A stretch of DNA of 64,000 bases from Thermoanaerobaculaceae bacterium (GTDB taxonomy: Bacteria > Acidobacteriota > Thermoanaerobaculia > Thermoanaerobaculales > Thermoanaerobaculaceae): assembly GCA_050018455.1 (NCBI GenBank), contig JBEKAA010000013.1:14-64013 (forward strand), given 5' to 3'. Numbering within the stretch: position 1 is the stretch's first letter; every line of letters begins with the position of its first letter. The notes under the pieces were generated by a model that worked only from the letters and a program-made list of their open reading frames with translations, did not search any database and was not told the DNA's origin. Positions 19,012-26,694 of the stretch are shown piece after piece. Both the position numbers and the translations under genes were made by a program.

Positions 19012-19611
19012 ATGAGGCGGTCGGCTCTCACAATCGTTGCCGGTCTCGGCACAGTGGTCCTGATGATCACCCTCGCCAGCTGCATATCCGCGACACCCAC
19101 GGAGACACCCGGCGTGGATCGCGTCAGCAGGACCGTGCTCCGCTACACCGGCCCCGAGGTGGAGGCCGTCGTGAGCTATCGCGCCGCCAGCCTGCGCCTC
19201 GGCGAGGAATGGCTGTTTCTCGACGTCGCGGTCACCGGCGCCGGCCACGCCTCGATCGAGCTGAAGCGCGGGAAGATCGCCATCCGAACCCCGAACGGGG
19301 AGGTCGTGCCGCTCACCACCCAGGTGGAGTTCGGGCAGGCGTACTCGCAGCTTGCCGCAGCGCTGGCGCGAGCCGACGTTGCCTCAGAACCGCTCGACTA
19401 CTTCACAAGCCGCACGCCGAAGAGCCTCGACTTCCTCGTCGCCCCCGGCACCGGGATCGCGTTCGATTCGGTTTGGGTCAACGACCTCGAGGTCGCGTCG
19501 GGGCGGCTCTGCTTCTTCGTTCCGGGCGGCGTTCAGGCCGGACCGTACGAGCTCCGCATCGACCTGCAGGAGAGCAAGGTGCGTATCCCGTTCCGCCTGG
19601 GTGAGCCCTAG
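19012..19611 (+). CDS. Hypothetical lipoprotein
   Basis: AAGGAGG SD. Signal plus lipobox (ITLASC). No recognisable domain. Confidence 0.5.
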   Translation: MRRSALTIVAGLGTVVLMITLASCISATPTETPGVDRVSRTVLRYTGPEVEAVVSYRAASLRLGEEWLFLDVAVTGAGHASIELKRGKIAIRTPNGEVVPLTTQVEFGQAYSQLAAALARADVASEPLDYFTSRTPKSLDFLVAPGTGIAFDSVWVNDLEVASGRLCFFVPGGVQAGPYELRIDLQESKVRIPFRLGEP

Positions 19612-20639
19612 GGTTGGACGCGGCAGCGGCGAAAGCGACCGTCCGCCTCGCGGGCGATCCGTCCGGCGAGTTCCAGGAGAAGGAGGGCTTCGAGCACCTC
19701 GGCCACCGGTTTGCCGCTCGCCGCAGCAAGGCGATCCACCGTGACCGGTTCGCCGGGCGGGATCAGGGCCAGGATCTCCGGCTCCTCGCCGCCGGGCGCG
19801 GGCGTCCGTGGCGGCAACCCCACCGCCGCGAGCACATCGTCGGCGGAGAGCACGGGAGCGGCTCCCGCGCGCAGGAGCCCGTTCGGCCCTGCGGAGAGCC
19901 GCGAGAACACCGAGCCCGGAACCGCGAGAACGTCACGCCCTTCGTCGAGGGCGAGGCGCGCCGTGATCAAAGCCCCCGAGCGCTCGTCGGCTTCGATCAC
20001 GACGACGGCTTCAACCAGCCCCGCGATCAGCCGGTTGCGCTCAGGAAAGTGGCGGCCGAGGGGCGGCGCCCCGGGCGGGTACTCGGTGACCAGACAGCCC
20101 AGCGCGGCGATCTCCCCGGCAAGTTCGGCGTGCTCCGGCGGGTAGACCCGGTCGGGTCCGGCGCCCCAGACTGCGACCGTCTTTCCGCCTGCGGCCAGAG
20201 CGCCGCGGTGTGCGGACCCGTCGACCCCGCGGGCCATGCCGGAGATCACCGCCACGCCTGCGAGGGCGAGCTCCCTCCCGAGGTACTCGGCGACCTCTCG
20301 CCCGTACGACGTCGCGCGCCTCGCACCCACCAGCGCCACGGCGTGATCGGTCGGGAGCGTGCCGCGCACGAACAGCCCGAGAGGCGGGTCCGAGACGGTT
20401 GACAGGCGGGGAGGAAAATCGGGGTCGGTGAACGAGACCCATCGCCACCCGAGCGCCGCCAGTGTCTGCTCGACCGCCGGCACACGGTCGCCGAGGGCGT
20501 CTCGGACGGCCTGGTCGGCGTCTGGTGCGTCCAGTGAGAGGAGCGCGCGACCGGCATCGCGGGCCGCGCGACCGCCGTCCGGGTGCGCAACGACACACGC
20601 CAAAGCGAGACGAGAGTCTTGAATTTGAACCTCCGGCAA
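19608..20639 (-). CDS. dprA: DNA-processing protein DprA (Smf)
   Basis: GMARGVDGSAHRGAL and AVWGAGPDRVYP Rossmann-like DprA core, with a C-terminal winged-helix-like tail. TTG start. Confidence 0.85.
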   Translation of the reverse strand: MPEVQIQDSRLALACVVAHPDGGRAARDAGRALLSLDAPDADQAVRDALGDRVPAVEQTLAALGWRWVSFTDPDFPPRLSTVSDPPLGLFVRGTLPTDHAVALVGARRATSYGREVAEYLGRELALAGVAVISGMARGVDGSAHRGALAAGGKTVAVWGAGPDRVYPPEHAELAGEIAALGCLVTEYPPGAPPLGRHFPERNRLIAGLVEAVVVIEADERSGALITARLALDEGRDVLAVPGSVFSRLSAGPNGLLRAGAAPVLSADDVLAAVGLPPRTPAPGGEEPEILALIPPGEPVTVDRLAAASGKPVAEVLEALLLLELAGRIAREADGRFRRCRVQP

Positions 20640-20644
20640 GGCCT

Positions 20645-20650
20645 ATCATA
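20645..20650 (-). promoter_or_regulatory. -10 box TATGAT, 5 nt from the dprA TTG
   Basis: The minus strand reads CACGT TATGAT AGGCC TTG. Confidence 0.35.
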
Positions 20651-20755
20651 ACGTGCCTTCTCGGGGTGTCATGCCGTTGGCGCTAGGAATCCTCTGTCAG
20701 CGGCGGTGTACACGCGCAGGGGGGCGCCGAGCGGCCGTCACTGGCGCCGGTGCCC

Positions 20756-22798
20756 TCAGCTGACCTTGGCGCGGCGGGCATCCAGGAAGATGCCGAGGCC
20801 GAGAGCGACGAACACGGCCAGGCCGAGCCAGTTTCCTCCCCATTCCGTGTTCCCGAGATGGGGAACCAGGGCCACGTGGAAGCGGTCCTGGAGCGCGTCC
20901 ATCGCGCCCTTGAACACGCCGGCGAGCGCTCCGCCCGCGATCAGGCCTGACGCGACGAGCGTGCCGCGATCGCCGCGAGCTTTCTCGAGCGCGACGTCGC
21001 CGGAGGCCGAGCGCTTGACGAACCACGCCACGATCGCGCCGACCAGGAGCGGTGTGTTGAGGTCCATCGGCAAGTACATTCCGAGCGCGAAGGCGAGACC
21101 GGAGACGCCCACCAACTCGACCACGACGGCGATCACGGCACCGAGGCCGTAAAGGAACCATGGCGCTTCGGCCGAACCCATCATCGAGCGCGCCACGGCC
21201 GCCATGGCGTTGGCCTGGGGCGCCGGCAACGGTCTCGGGTGGGCGGCCGACAGCACGTACCCGTCCGTGTGGGCGAAGAGCAGCATCACGGCCGTGACGG
21301 TCAGCGAGGCCAGCGCGGCTCCACCGATGAGCGACCACTGGATGCGGCGCGGCGTGCCGCCAACCCAGTAACCGATCTTCATGAGCGTGACCATCGACCC
21401 GGTCATCGAAAGGGCGGTACACACGACCCCGCCGATGAGCAGCGTGGCCAGCATCCCCTGCCCGCCCGACAGGCCGAGGCGCACCAGGATCACGGCCGCA
21501 ACGATCAGGGTGGTGAGGGTCATGCCCGAGATGGGCGTGATCGAGATCATCGCAACCGCCCACGCCGACACCGCCGCAAACAGGAACGAGATCAGAAGCG
21601 TCAGGGCGAGCGCGATCAGCGCCTTGCCGGTGGCCCCAGACACACCAGCGAGGACGACGAAGCGGAAGTAAATCCCGATCGCCACGGCGGTGACAGCCGT
21701 CAAGACGGCGACGGTGGCCATCGGCACATCGCGGTCGGTGCGGGGGAGCGTCTCGCCGCCGCCCCCGGTCCGCAAGCGGGCGAGTTCCTTGAGAACGGTG
21801 CGCAGCGCCTGCACGATCACCGGGCTCATCTTGGCGATCGAGATCAAGCCGGCGGCGAAGATCCCGCCGATGCCGATCAGCCGGACGTAGTTCCCGAAGA
21901 TGCTCTCGGCATCCAACCCCGCGATCGGCGGCATGCCGGGGAACAACCCGCCCGGTACCTGGGCACCGATGCGGGCCACCAGCGGGACCAGCACCCAGTA
22001 CGACAGGAACGACCCGGCGCATATGATCGCCGCATACCGGACGCCGATGATGTATCCGAGCCCCATGACCGCGGCCGACGTGTTGAGGGTGAAGATCGCC
22101 TTCAACCGCTCGGTGGCGGCGCTGAACGCCGGGACGATCGCGGTCGTGAAGGTGTCGCGCCAGGCTTCGAACCCCGCAGCCATGTAGTCGAGCACGAACC
22201 CGAGGCCCATCGACCCCAGCAGCACGCCCGCGGCCTTGCCGCCCTTCTCGCCGGTGACGAGGATCTCGGTCGTGGCGGTTGCCTCGGGGAACGGCAGCTT
22301 GCCGTGCATCTCGGCGACGAAGTAGCGGCGGAACGGAATCAGGAAGAGAACTCCCAGCACCGCTCCCAGGAACGGCACCAGGAAGATCTGCATGAATCCC
22401 GACCGACCCTCGAGCCCGAGAACGAAGATCGCCGGCATGACGAACACCGAGCCGCCGACCACGATCCCCGCCGTGGCCCCCAGCGTCGCAACCTGGAGGT
22501 TTTCGAGCATCGTCGACGGGCGCCGGCCGCTCGCGCCAAGTAGAGCCGAGAAACCGACCGCGAGGATCGCGATCGGGATCGCGGTCTCGATCCCCTGGCC
22601 AAGCTTGAGCGCTATGTAGGCGGCGGCGGCCGAGAACAGCACCGTCATGCCGAGACCGAGGACGACCGACCGGGTCGTCACCTCGGGCACGACCCGCTCG
22701 GGGGCGATCAACGGCTCGTACTTCTCTCCGGGTTTGAGGGGACGATAGGCGTTCTCGGGGAGGCCGGGGATGAGCTGCGGCGTCTCGGGGGTATCCAT
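20756..22798 (-). CDS. OPT-family oligopeptide transporter
   Basis: 680 aa with about 16 hydrophobic segments. The N-terminus (KPGEKYEPLIAPE...TTRSVVLGLGMTVLFSAAAAYIALKLGQ) is typical of bacterial OPT proteins. Confidence 0.85.
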   Translation of the reverse strand: MDTPETPQLIPGLPENAYRPLKPGEKYEPLIAPERVVPEVTTRSVVLGLGMTVLFSAAAAYIALKLGQGIETAIPIAILAVGFSALLGASGRRPSTMLENLQVATLGATAGIVVGGSVFVMPAIFVLGLEGRSGFMQIFLVPFLGAVLGVLFLIPFRRYFVAEMHGKLPFPEATATTEILVTGEKGGKAAGVLLGSMGLGFVLDYMAAGFEAWRDTFTTAIVPAFSAATERLKAIFTLNTSAAVMGLGYIIGVRYAAIICAGSFLSYWVLVPLVARIGAQVPGGLFPGMPPIAGLDAESIFGNYVRLIGIGGIFAAGLISIAKMSPVIVQALRTVLKELARLRTGGGGETLPRTDRDVPMATVAVLTAVTAVAIGIYFRFVVLAGVSGATGKALIALALTLLISFLFAAVSAWAVAMISITPISGMTLTTLIVAAVILVRLGLSGGQGMLATLLIGGVVCTALSMTGSMVTLMKIGYWVGGTPRRIQWSLIGGAALASLTVTAVMLLFAHTDGYVLSAAHPRPLPAPQANAMAAVARSMMGSAEAPWFLYGLGAVIAVVVELVGVSGLAFALGMYLPMDLNTPLLVGAIVAWFVKRSASGDVALEKARGDRGTLVASGLIAGGALAGVFKGAMDALQDRFHVALVPHLGNTEWGGNWLGLAVFVALGLGIFLDARRAKVS

Positions 22799-22806
22799 GG
22801 CCGCCG

Positions 22807-22850
22807 ATTGTAGCGGAGGTTCGGCTCCGGCACCCGGACGCGCTTACAAT
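22807..22850. promoter_or_regulatory. Divergent pair of TACAAT -10 boxes (OPT gene and DinB gene)
   Basis: Minus-strand TACAAT (22812..22807) lies 8 nt from ATG 22798. Plus-strand TACAAT (22845..22850) lies 10 nt from GTG 22861. The boxes sit in an imperfect inverted repeat, CCGATTGTAGCG / CGCTTACAATCCGG. Confidence 0.45.
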
Positions 22851-22860
22851 CCGGAGCAAC

Positions 22861-23343
22861 GTGGCTGACCTGCTGGAGGCGCTCTTACAGATCAAGGCGC
22901 TCGCCGAGACGCCGGCGAGGGTGACGGAACTGCTGCACTCGACCGACGCGGACCGGTGGACGTTGCGGCGCCGCCCGGCCGAGTGGGCGCCGGTCGAGGT
23001 CCTCGCCCACCTCGCCGATACCGAGCTCCTTTTCGGCCTGCGCGTCCGCCTGATCCTCAGCGCAAGCAGGCCGTCTCTCCCGGTATTGGAGCAGCGTGCG
23101 CTCGCCGAGCGCGCCGGGTACCTCTCCTGGCCTCCGGCGATGGCCCTGAACCGCTTCCGCGCCCGCCGCGGCGAAACGATCGAGCGGCTCGCCTCCTGCT
23201 CGGCCGAGGAGCTCGAGCGGGTCGGCCTGCACCCGGTGCGGCGGGAGGTCACCCTCGCGGACCTGATCGCGATCATGCTCGCCCACGACACCGACCACGT
23301 GGGCCAGATGCGTGAGCGGCTCGGCTTCCCCGGCGGGCGATGA
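22861..23343 (+). CDS. DinB-family protein (DinB_2-like)
   Basis: 160 aa. VEVLAHLADTELLFGLR and MLAHDTDHVGQM His motifs. Confidence 0.7.
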   Translation: MADLLEALLQIKALAETPARVTELLHSTDADRWTLRRRPAEWAPVEVLAHLADTELLFGLRVRLILSASRPSLPVLEQRALAERAGYLSWPPAMALNRFRARRGETIERLASCSAEELERVGLHPVRREVTLADLIAIMLAHDTDHVGQMRERLGFPGGR

Positions 23344-23460
23344 AGCCTCGCCCGAGTTCGCAACGCTCCCACCCCACCCAGGAACTGCGGCGAACCACCC
23401 CGAACCCCGGCGCGGGCAGCTTTGCAGGTCCCTTCACGTTGGGCCGGCGAAAAAAGTCGC

Positions 23461-24849
23461 TCAGACGCGCGTCGTCGCCTGACCGTCTCCCACGTTGCGG
23501 CGGCGTATCACCCGCGAGAGACCGAGGGCGGCCATGACCGCCAGCATGCCCACGATCGGCACCCGCATCCTGCCGTGCGCGACCACAAACGAGGCTGCCG
23601 TCTGGTAGCCGATCGCCGTGGCGAAGAGGAGGAGCTCGGCCCAGCGGCTTCGCCTGGCCAGCTGGACGGCGCCTACGAACGCCGCGAGCCACAACAGGAG
23701 GTTCCAGCCGGCCTGTCCCAGGACGACGAGGAGTTCGACCCGTTCGCGCCGGGCGAGGCCGCTCAGGAAAGCTCGGGGGTTGCGGTCGCCCTCATCGACG
23801 CCGGCAGAAGTCTCGGTGTCGGCGCCGAACAGACGGAGAAGGTAGCGTCGCTCCCCGGCGAGGGCGAACTCGGCCAGCGACACGACGGCTTCCTTCGCCG
23901 CCGCGGACGGGTGAGCACTGATGACCTGCCAACCGACCCGGCGAAACGCCGCGCTCCGTCGCGCACTGTCGTCCCCCGGGCTCTCGCGCAGAACCTGCTC
24001 GACAAGACGTCGCTCCGCCTCGCTTCGCGTGATCCCTTCGGCGGCGGCTTTGACCTTGGCGCCGGCGACGACGCAGAGGTTGTAGCCGCCCGCGTCGCTC
24101 ACCGACCAGACGCCCGCCCCCATGCCGTTGCGAAAGGTCCAGCCGACGGGAAACGCGAGCGCCGCGAGCAGGAAGACGGCGATCCGCCGGCGATCCTCCC
24201 GGCGGGCCACCAGAAACACCGCACCCGCCACGGATGCCATCACCCCCACCGGTCGGACTGCGGCCGCCGCGGAAAACGCAAGACCCGCAATGAGTCTCGA
24301 CGAGAAACTTCGCTTCTCTGTGGGGCGCACGAGCAGCCATACCCCGGCCATCAGCAGCGCCGCGAACACCGTATCGGACATCACGAGGTTGGCGTAGACG
24401 ATGTGGCCGACATCGACCGCCGCCAGCAGCCCCGCAATGAGCGCCCACCGCCGCGGCATCACGGTGCCGGCGATGCCGACAATCAACCCGGCTGCAAGCG
24501 CGTCGAGCACGATCTGCGCGCAGATCGCCGCGACCGCGACCCGCTGCGGCGTCCGGCCGAGAAGAGCAAGCAAGAGAGGGTAGCCCGGTGTGCGGAACAC
24601 CTCGACCGCGCCTGGATTCTCGACAGCTGCGCCACGTTCCGGCCCCGTGCGGCGAAACGCTCCGTGCTCGCGGAGGTTCCGGCCGAGCTCGAGGTAGAGA
24701 GGCGAGTCCAACGTCAGCACCCGCTCCGGGTGAAAGCGGTGGAACGCCACCGGTACCAACCGCAACGCCAGGGCGATCAGGACAACGACGACGGACTGCC
24801 GCACGGGCCGCCGGGTTCCGACGCGGCGACCGGCGTGCGGCGCTTCCAT
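23461..24849 (-). CDS. GT-C-fold glycosyltransferase (ArnT/PMT-like)
   Basis: 462 aa, polytopic. First-loop acidic motif (LDSPLYLELGRNL) and PGYPLLLALLG as in GT39/GT83 enzymes. Confidence 0.6.
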   Translation of the reverse strand: MEAPHAGRRVGTRRPVRQSVVVVLIALALRLVPVAFHRFHPERVLTLDSPLYLELGRNLREHGAFRRTGPERGAAVENPGAVEVFRTPGYPLLLALLGRTPQRVAVAAICAQIVLDALAAGLIVGIAGTVMPRRWALIAGLLAAVDVGHIVYANLVMSDTVFAALLMAGVWLLVRPTEKRSFSSRLIAGLAFSAAAAVRPVGVMASVAGAVFLVARREDRRRIAVFLLAALAFPVGWTFRNGMGAGVWSVSDAGGYNLCVVAGAKVKAAAEGITRSEAERRLVEQVLRESPGDDSARRSAAFRRVGWQVISAHPSAAAKEAVVSLAEFALAGERRYLLRLFGADTETSAGVDEGDRNPRAFLSGLARRERVELLVVLGQAGWNLLLWLAAFVGAVQLARRSRWAELLLFATAIGYQTAASFVVAHGRMRVPIVGMLAVMAALGLSRVIRRRNVGDGQATTRV

Positions 24850-25313
24850 CAGCGCATGTCCGTCGATGCCCGTGCAGCGTCAGCCGTCCCGGGTGGTGCC
24901 GCGTGATCGCGCGCTCCGGGGCGCCTCTGATGTTTCGCGCTCGGAACCGCAGGCCTCGCTTCCCACCCCTCGGCCTGGTCAAAGGAGAGGAAGACGGCCA
25001 CCGAAAAGCGGCCGGTCGTCGGAAGGGGGGCCTGGGGGTCCTTCGGGACGGCCTTCTCCGACATCTCGCCCAGTAGCAACACGGCATCGGCGCCCAACTT
25101 GGCCGCGAGCGCGGCCAGGCGTTGGACCTCTCCGGCCTCGGCTTTGCGGAGCGGGGTGGCCAGCGGTTGCACCGCGAGGATCGAGTAGTCGTCCTCGGGT
25201 TCCACGAGGTAGAACTCCACGTCACGAACCGTGACCGCCGCATCGCCGGTTTGGGTTGGCCACACACCGAGAGGCATCACCGCGGCGGCCGCGAGCAAGG
25301 TGGCTGCGAGCAT
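24849..25313 (-). CDS. Small secreted protein, unknown function
   Basis: 154 aa with signal-like MLAATLLAAAAVMPLGV and GAAGGAGG SD. Its stop overlaps the start of the GT-C gene (TGATG). It lies 14 nt downstream of serS. Confidence 0.45.
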   Translation of the reverse strand: MLAATLLAAAAVMPLGVWPTQTGDAAVTVRDVEFYLVEPEDDYSILAVQPLATPLRKAEAGEVQRLAALAAKLGADAVLLLGEMSEKAVPKDPQAPLPTTGRFSVAVFLSFDQAEGWEARPAVPSAKHQRRPGARDHAAPPGTADAARASTDMR

Positions 25314-25327
25314 CTTCGACCCCTCCT

Positions 25328-26611
25328 TCAGCTTTCCGGGACGAGCCGCTCGAGCCCGCCGAGATACGAACGCAGAGCTTCCGGCACGATCACCGTGCCA
25401 TCCGCGCTCTGGTAGTTTTCCAGGACCGCGATCAGCGTCCGCCCGACCGCGAGCCCCGATCCGTTGAGAGTGTGGAGGTGGCGGGTCCTGCCGCCTCCGG
25501 CCGGACGGAATTTGAGGTCGGCGCGACGGGCCTGGAAGTCCTCGCAGTTGGAGCACGACGAGATTTCCCTGTAGCACTGTTGGCCCGGCAACCAGACCTC
25601 GATGTCGTGGGTCTTGGCGGCGGAGAACCCCAGGTCTCCCGTCGCCAGCGTCACCACCCTGTACGGGATCCCCAGCTTCTGCAGCACCAACTCGGCTGAA
25701 CGCGTGAGAACGTCGAGCTCCGTGTAGCTCGTCTCGGGGGTGGCGAGGTGAACCAGCTCGACCTTGTCGAATTGGTGCTGCCGGATGAGGCCACGGACGT
25801 CCCTCCCGTGGGACCCGGCCTCCGCACGGAAGCATGGGGTGTAGGCGCAGTAGCGGCGGGGGAGCGTCTCTTCCGCAAGGATCTCGCCGCGATGCAGATT
25901 GGTAACCGGGACCTCGGCCGTCGGAACCAGGAAGTAGTCCGTGCCCTCGACGCGGAACAGGTCGGCCTCGAACTTCGGGAGCTGCCCGGTTCCGACCAGC
26001 GCTTGCCGGTTGACAATGAACGGCACGTACACCTCGCGGTAGCCGTTTCCACGATGCACGTCGAGCATGAAGGTCACCAGCGCGCGCTCGAGAGCCGCGC
26101 CGGCGCCCCACAGCACCGCGAAACGCGCGCCGGCGATCTTGGCGGCGCGCTCGAAGTCGAGGATGCCGAGCGAGGGTCCCAGGTCCCAGTGCGCCTGCGG
26201 CTCGAAGTCGAACACCGGTGGCTGGCCCCAGCTGCGCTCCGTGCGGTTCGCGGTTTCGTCCGGTCCGACCGGTACCGACTCGTGAGGGAGGTTCGGGATC
26301 GCGAGTTCGAGCTGCGCGACCTCGTTCGCGAGCGTCGCGGCTTCTTGCTCCGCAGCAGCAATCCGCGCGCCGAGTGTCGCCATCCGGCCACGCAGCGCTT
26401 CGCCCTCCTCTTTGCGGCCGGAGGCGAACAGGACACCCACCTTTTTGGACCCTCTGTTGCGGTCCGCCTTGAGTGCCTCCAGCTCGGCCTGGGCCTCGCG
26501 CCAGCGGACGTCGGCAGACAGGAGCCGCTCGAGGGGCGCGTCGCTGCGCCGCGCTGCCAGAGCGGCCCGGACACGGTCGGGTGACGTGCGCAGAAGCTCT
26601 CGCGCAAGCAT
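25328..26611 (-). CDS. serS: Seryl-tRNA synthetase
   Basis: 427 aa with an N-terminal coiled coil and class-II motifs ([28 protein letters not shown]). Confidence 0.95.
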   Translation of the reverse strand: MLARELLRTSPDRVRAALAARRSDAPLERLLSADVRWREAQAELEALKADRNRGSKKVGVLFASGRKEEGEALRGRMATLGARIAAAEQEAATLANEVAQLELAIPNLPHESVPVGPDETANRTERSWGQPPVFDFEPQAHWDLGPSLGILDFERAAKIAGARFAVLWGAGAALERALVTFMLDVHRGNGYREVYVPFIVNRQALVGTGQLPKFEADLFRVEGTDYFLVPTAEVPVTNLHRGEILAEETLPRRYCAYTPCFRAEAGSHGRDVRGLIRQHQFDKVELVHLATPETSYTELDVLTRSAELVLQKLGIPYRVVTLATGDLGFSAAKTHDIEVWLPGQQCYREISSCSNCEDFQARRADLKFRPAGGGRTRHLHTLNGSGLAVGRTLIAVLENYQSADGTVIVPEALRSYLGGLERLVPES

Positions 26612-26631
26612 GTCTGACCTCCAGACGCCCG

Positions 26632-26660
26632 ATTGTTGGGCTTTGCGTACCGGGAGTCAA
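26632..26660 (-). promoter_or_regulatory. Putative serS promoter TTGACT-17-AACAAT
   Basis: On the minus strand, -35 is 26660..26655 and -10 is 26637..26632. A 20-nt leader carrying GGAGG follows. Confidence 0.4.
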
Positions 26661-26681
26661 CCGCGAAGCGGGCCGAAACCG

Positions 26682-26687
26682 TATACT
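26682..26687 (+). promoter_or_regulatory. -10 box TATACT, 7 nt from ATG 26695 (leaderless-type)
   Basis: Reads GTATACT CGGCGCG ATGATG. Confidence 0.4.
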
Positions 26688-26694
26688 CGGCGCG

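Noticed and set aside
18804-19100. N-terminal 99-aa extension of topA in the ORF track
   Set aside because: The conserved Toprim N-terminus begins at GTG 18803, which has a GGAGGA SD. The extension has no topoisomerase similarity and would overlap the divergent lipoprotein gene start.
20697-23372. 891-aa minus-strand ORF spanning the OPT transporter and DinB genes
   Set aside because: It runs out of frame over a well-supported transporter gene. It is extremely Arg/Pro/Gly-rich with no motifs, which is typical of a shadow ORF in high-GC DNA.
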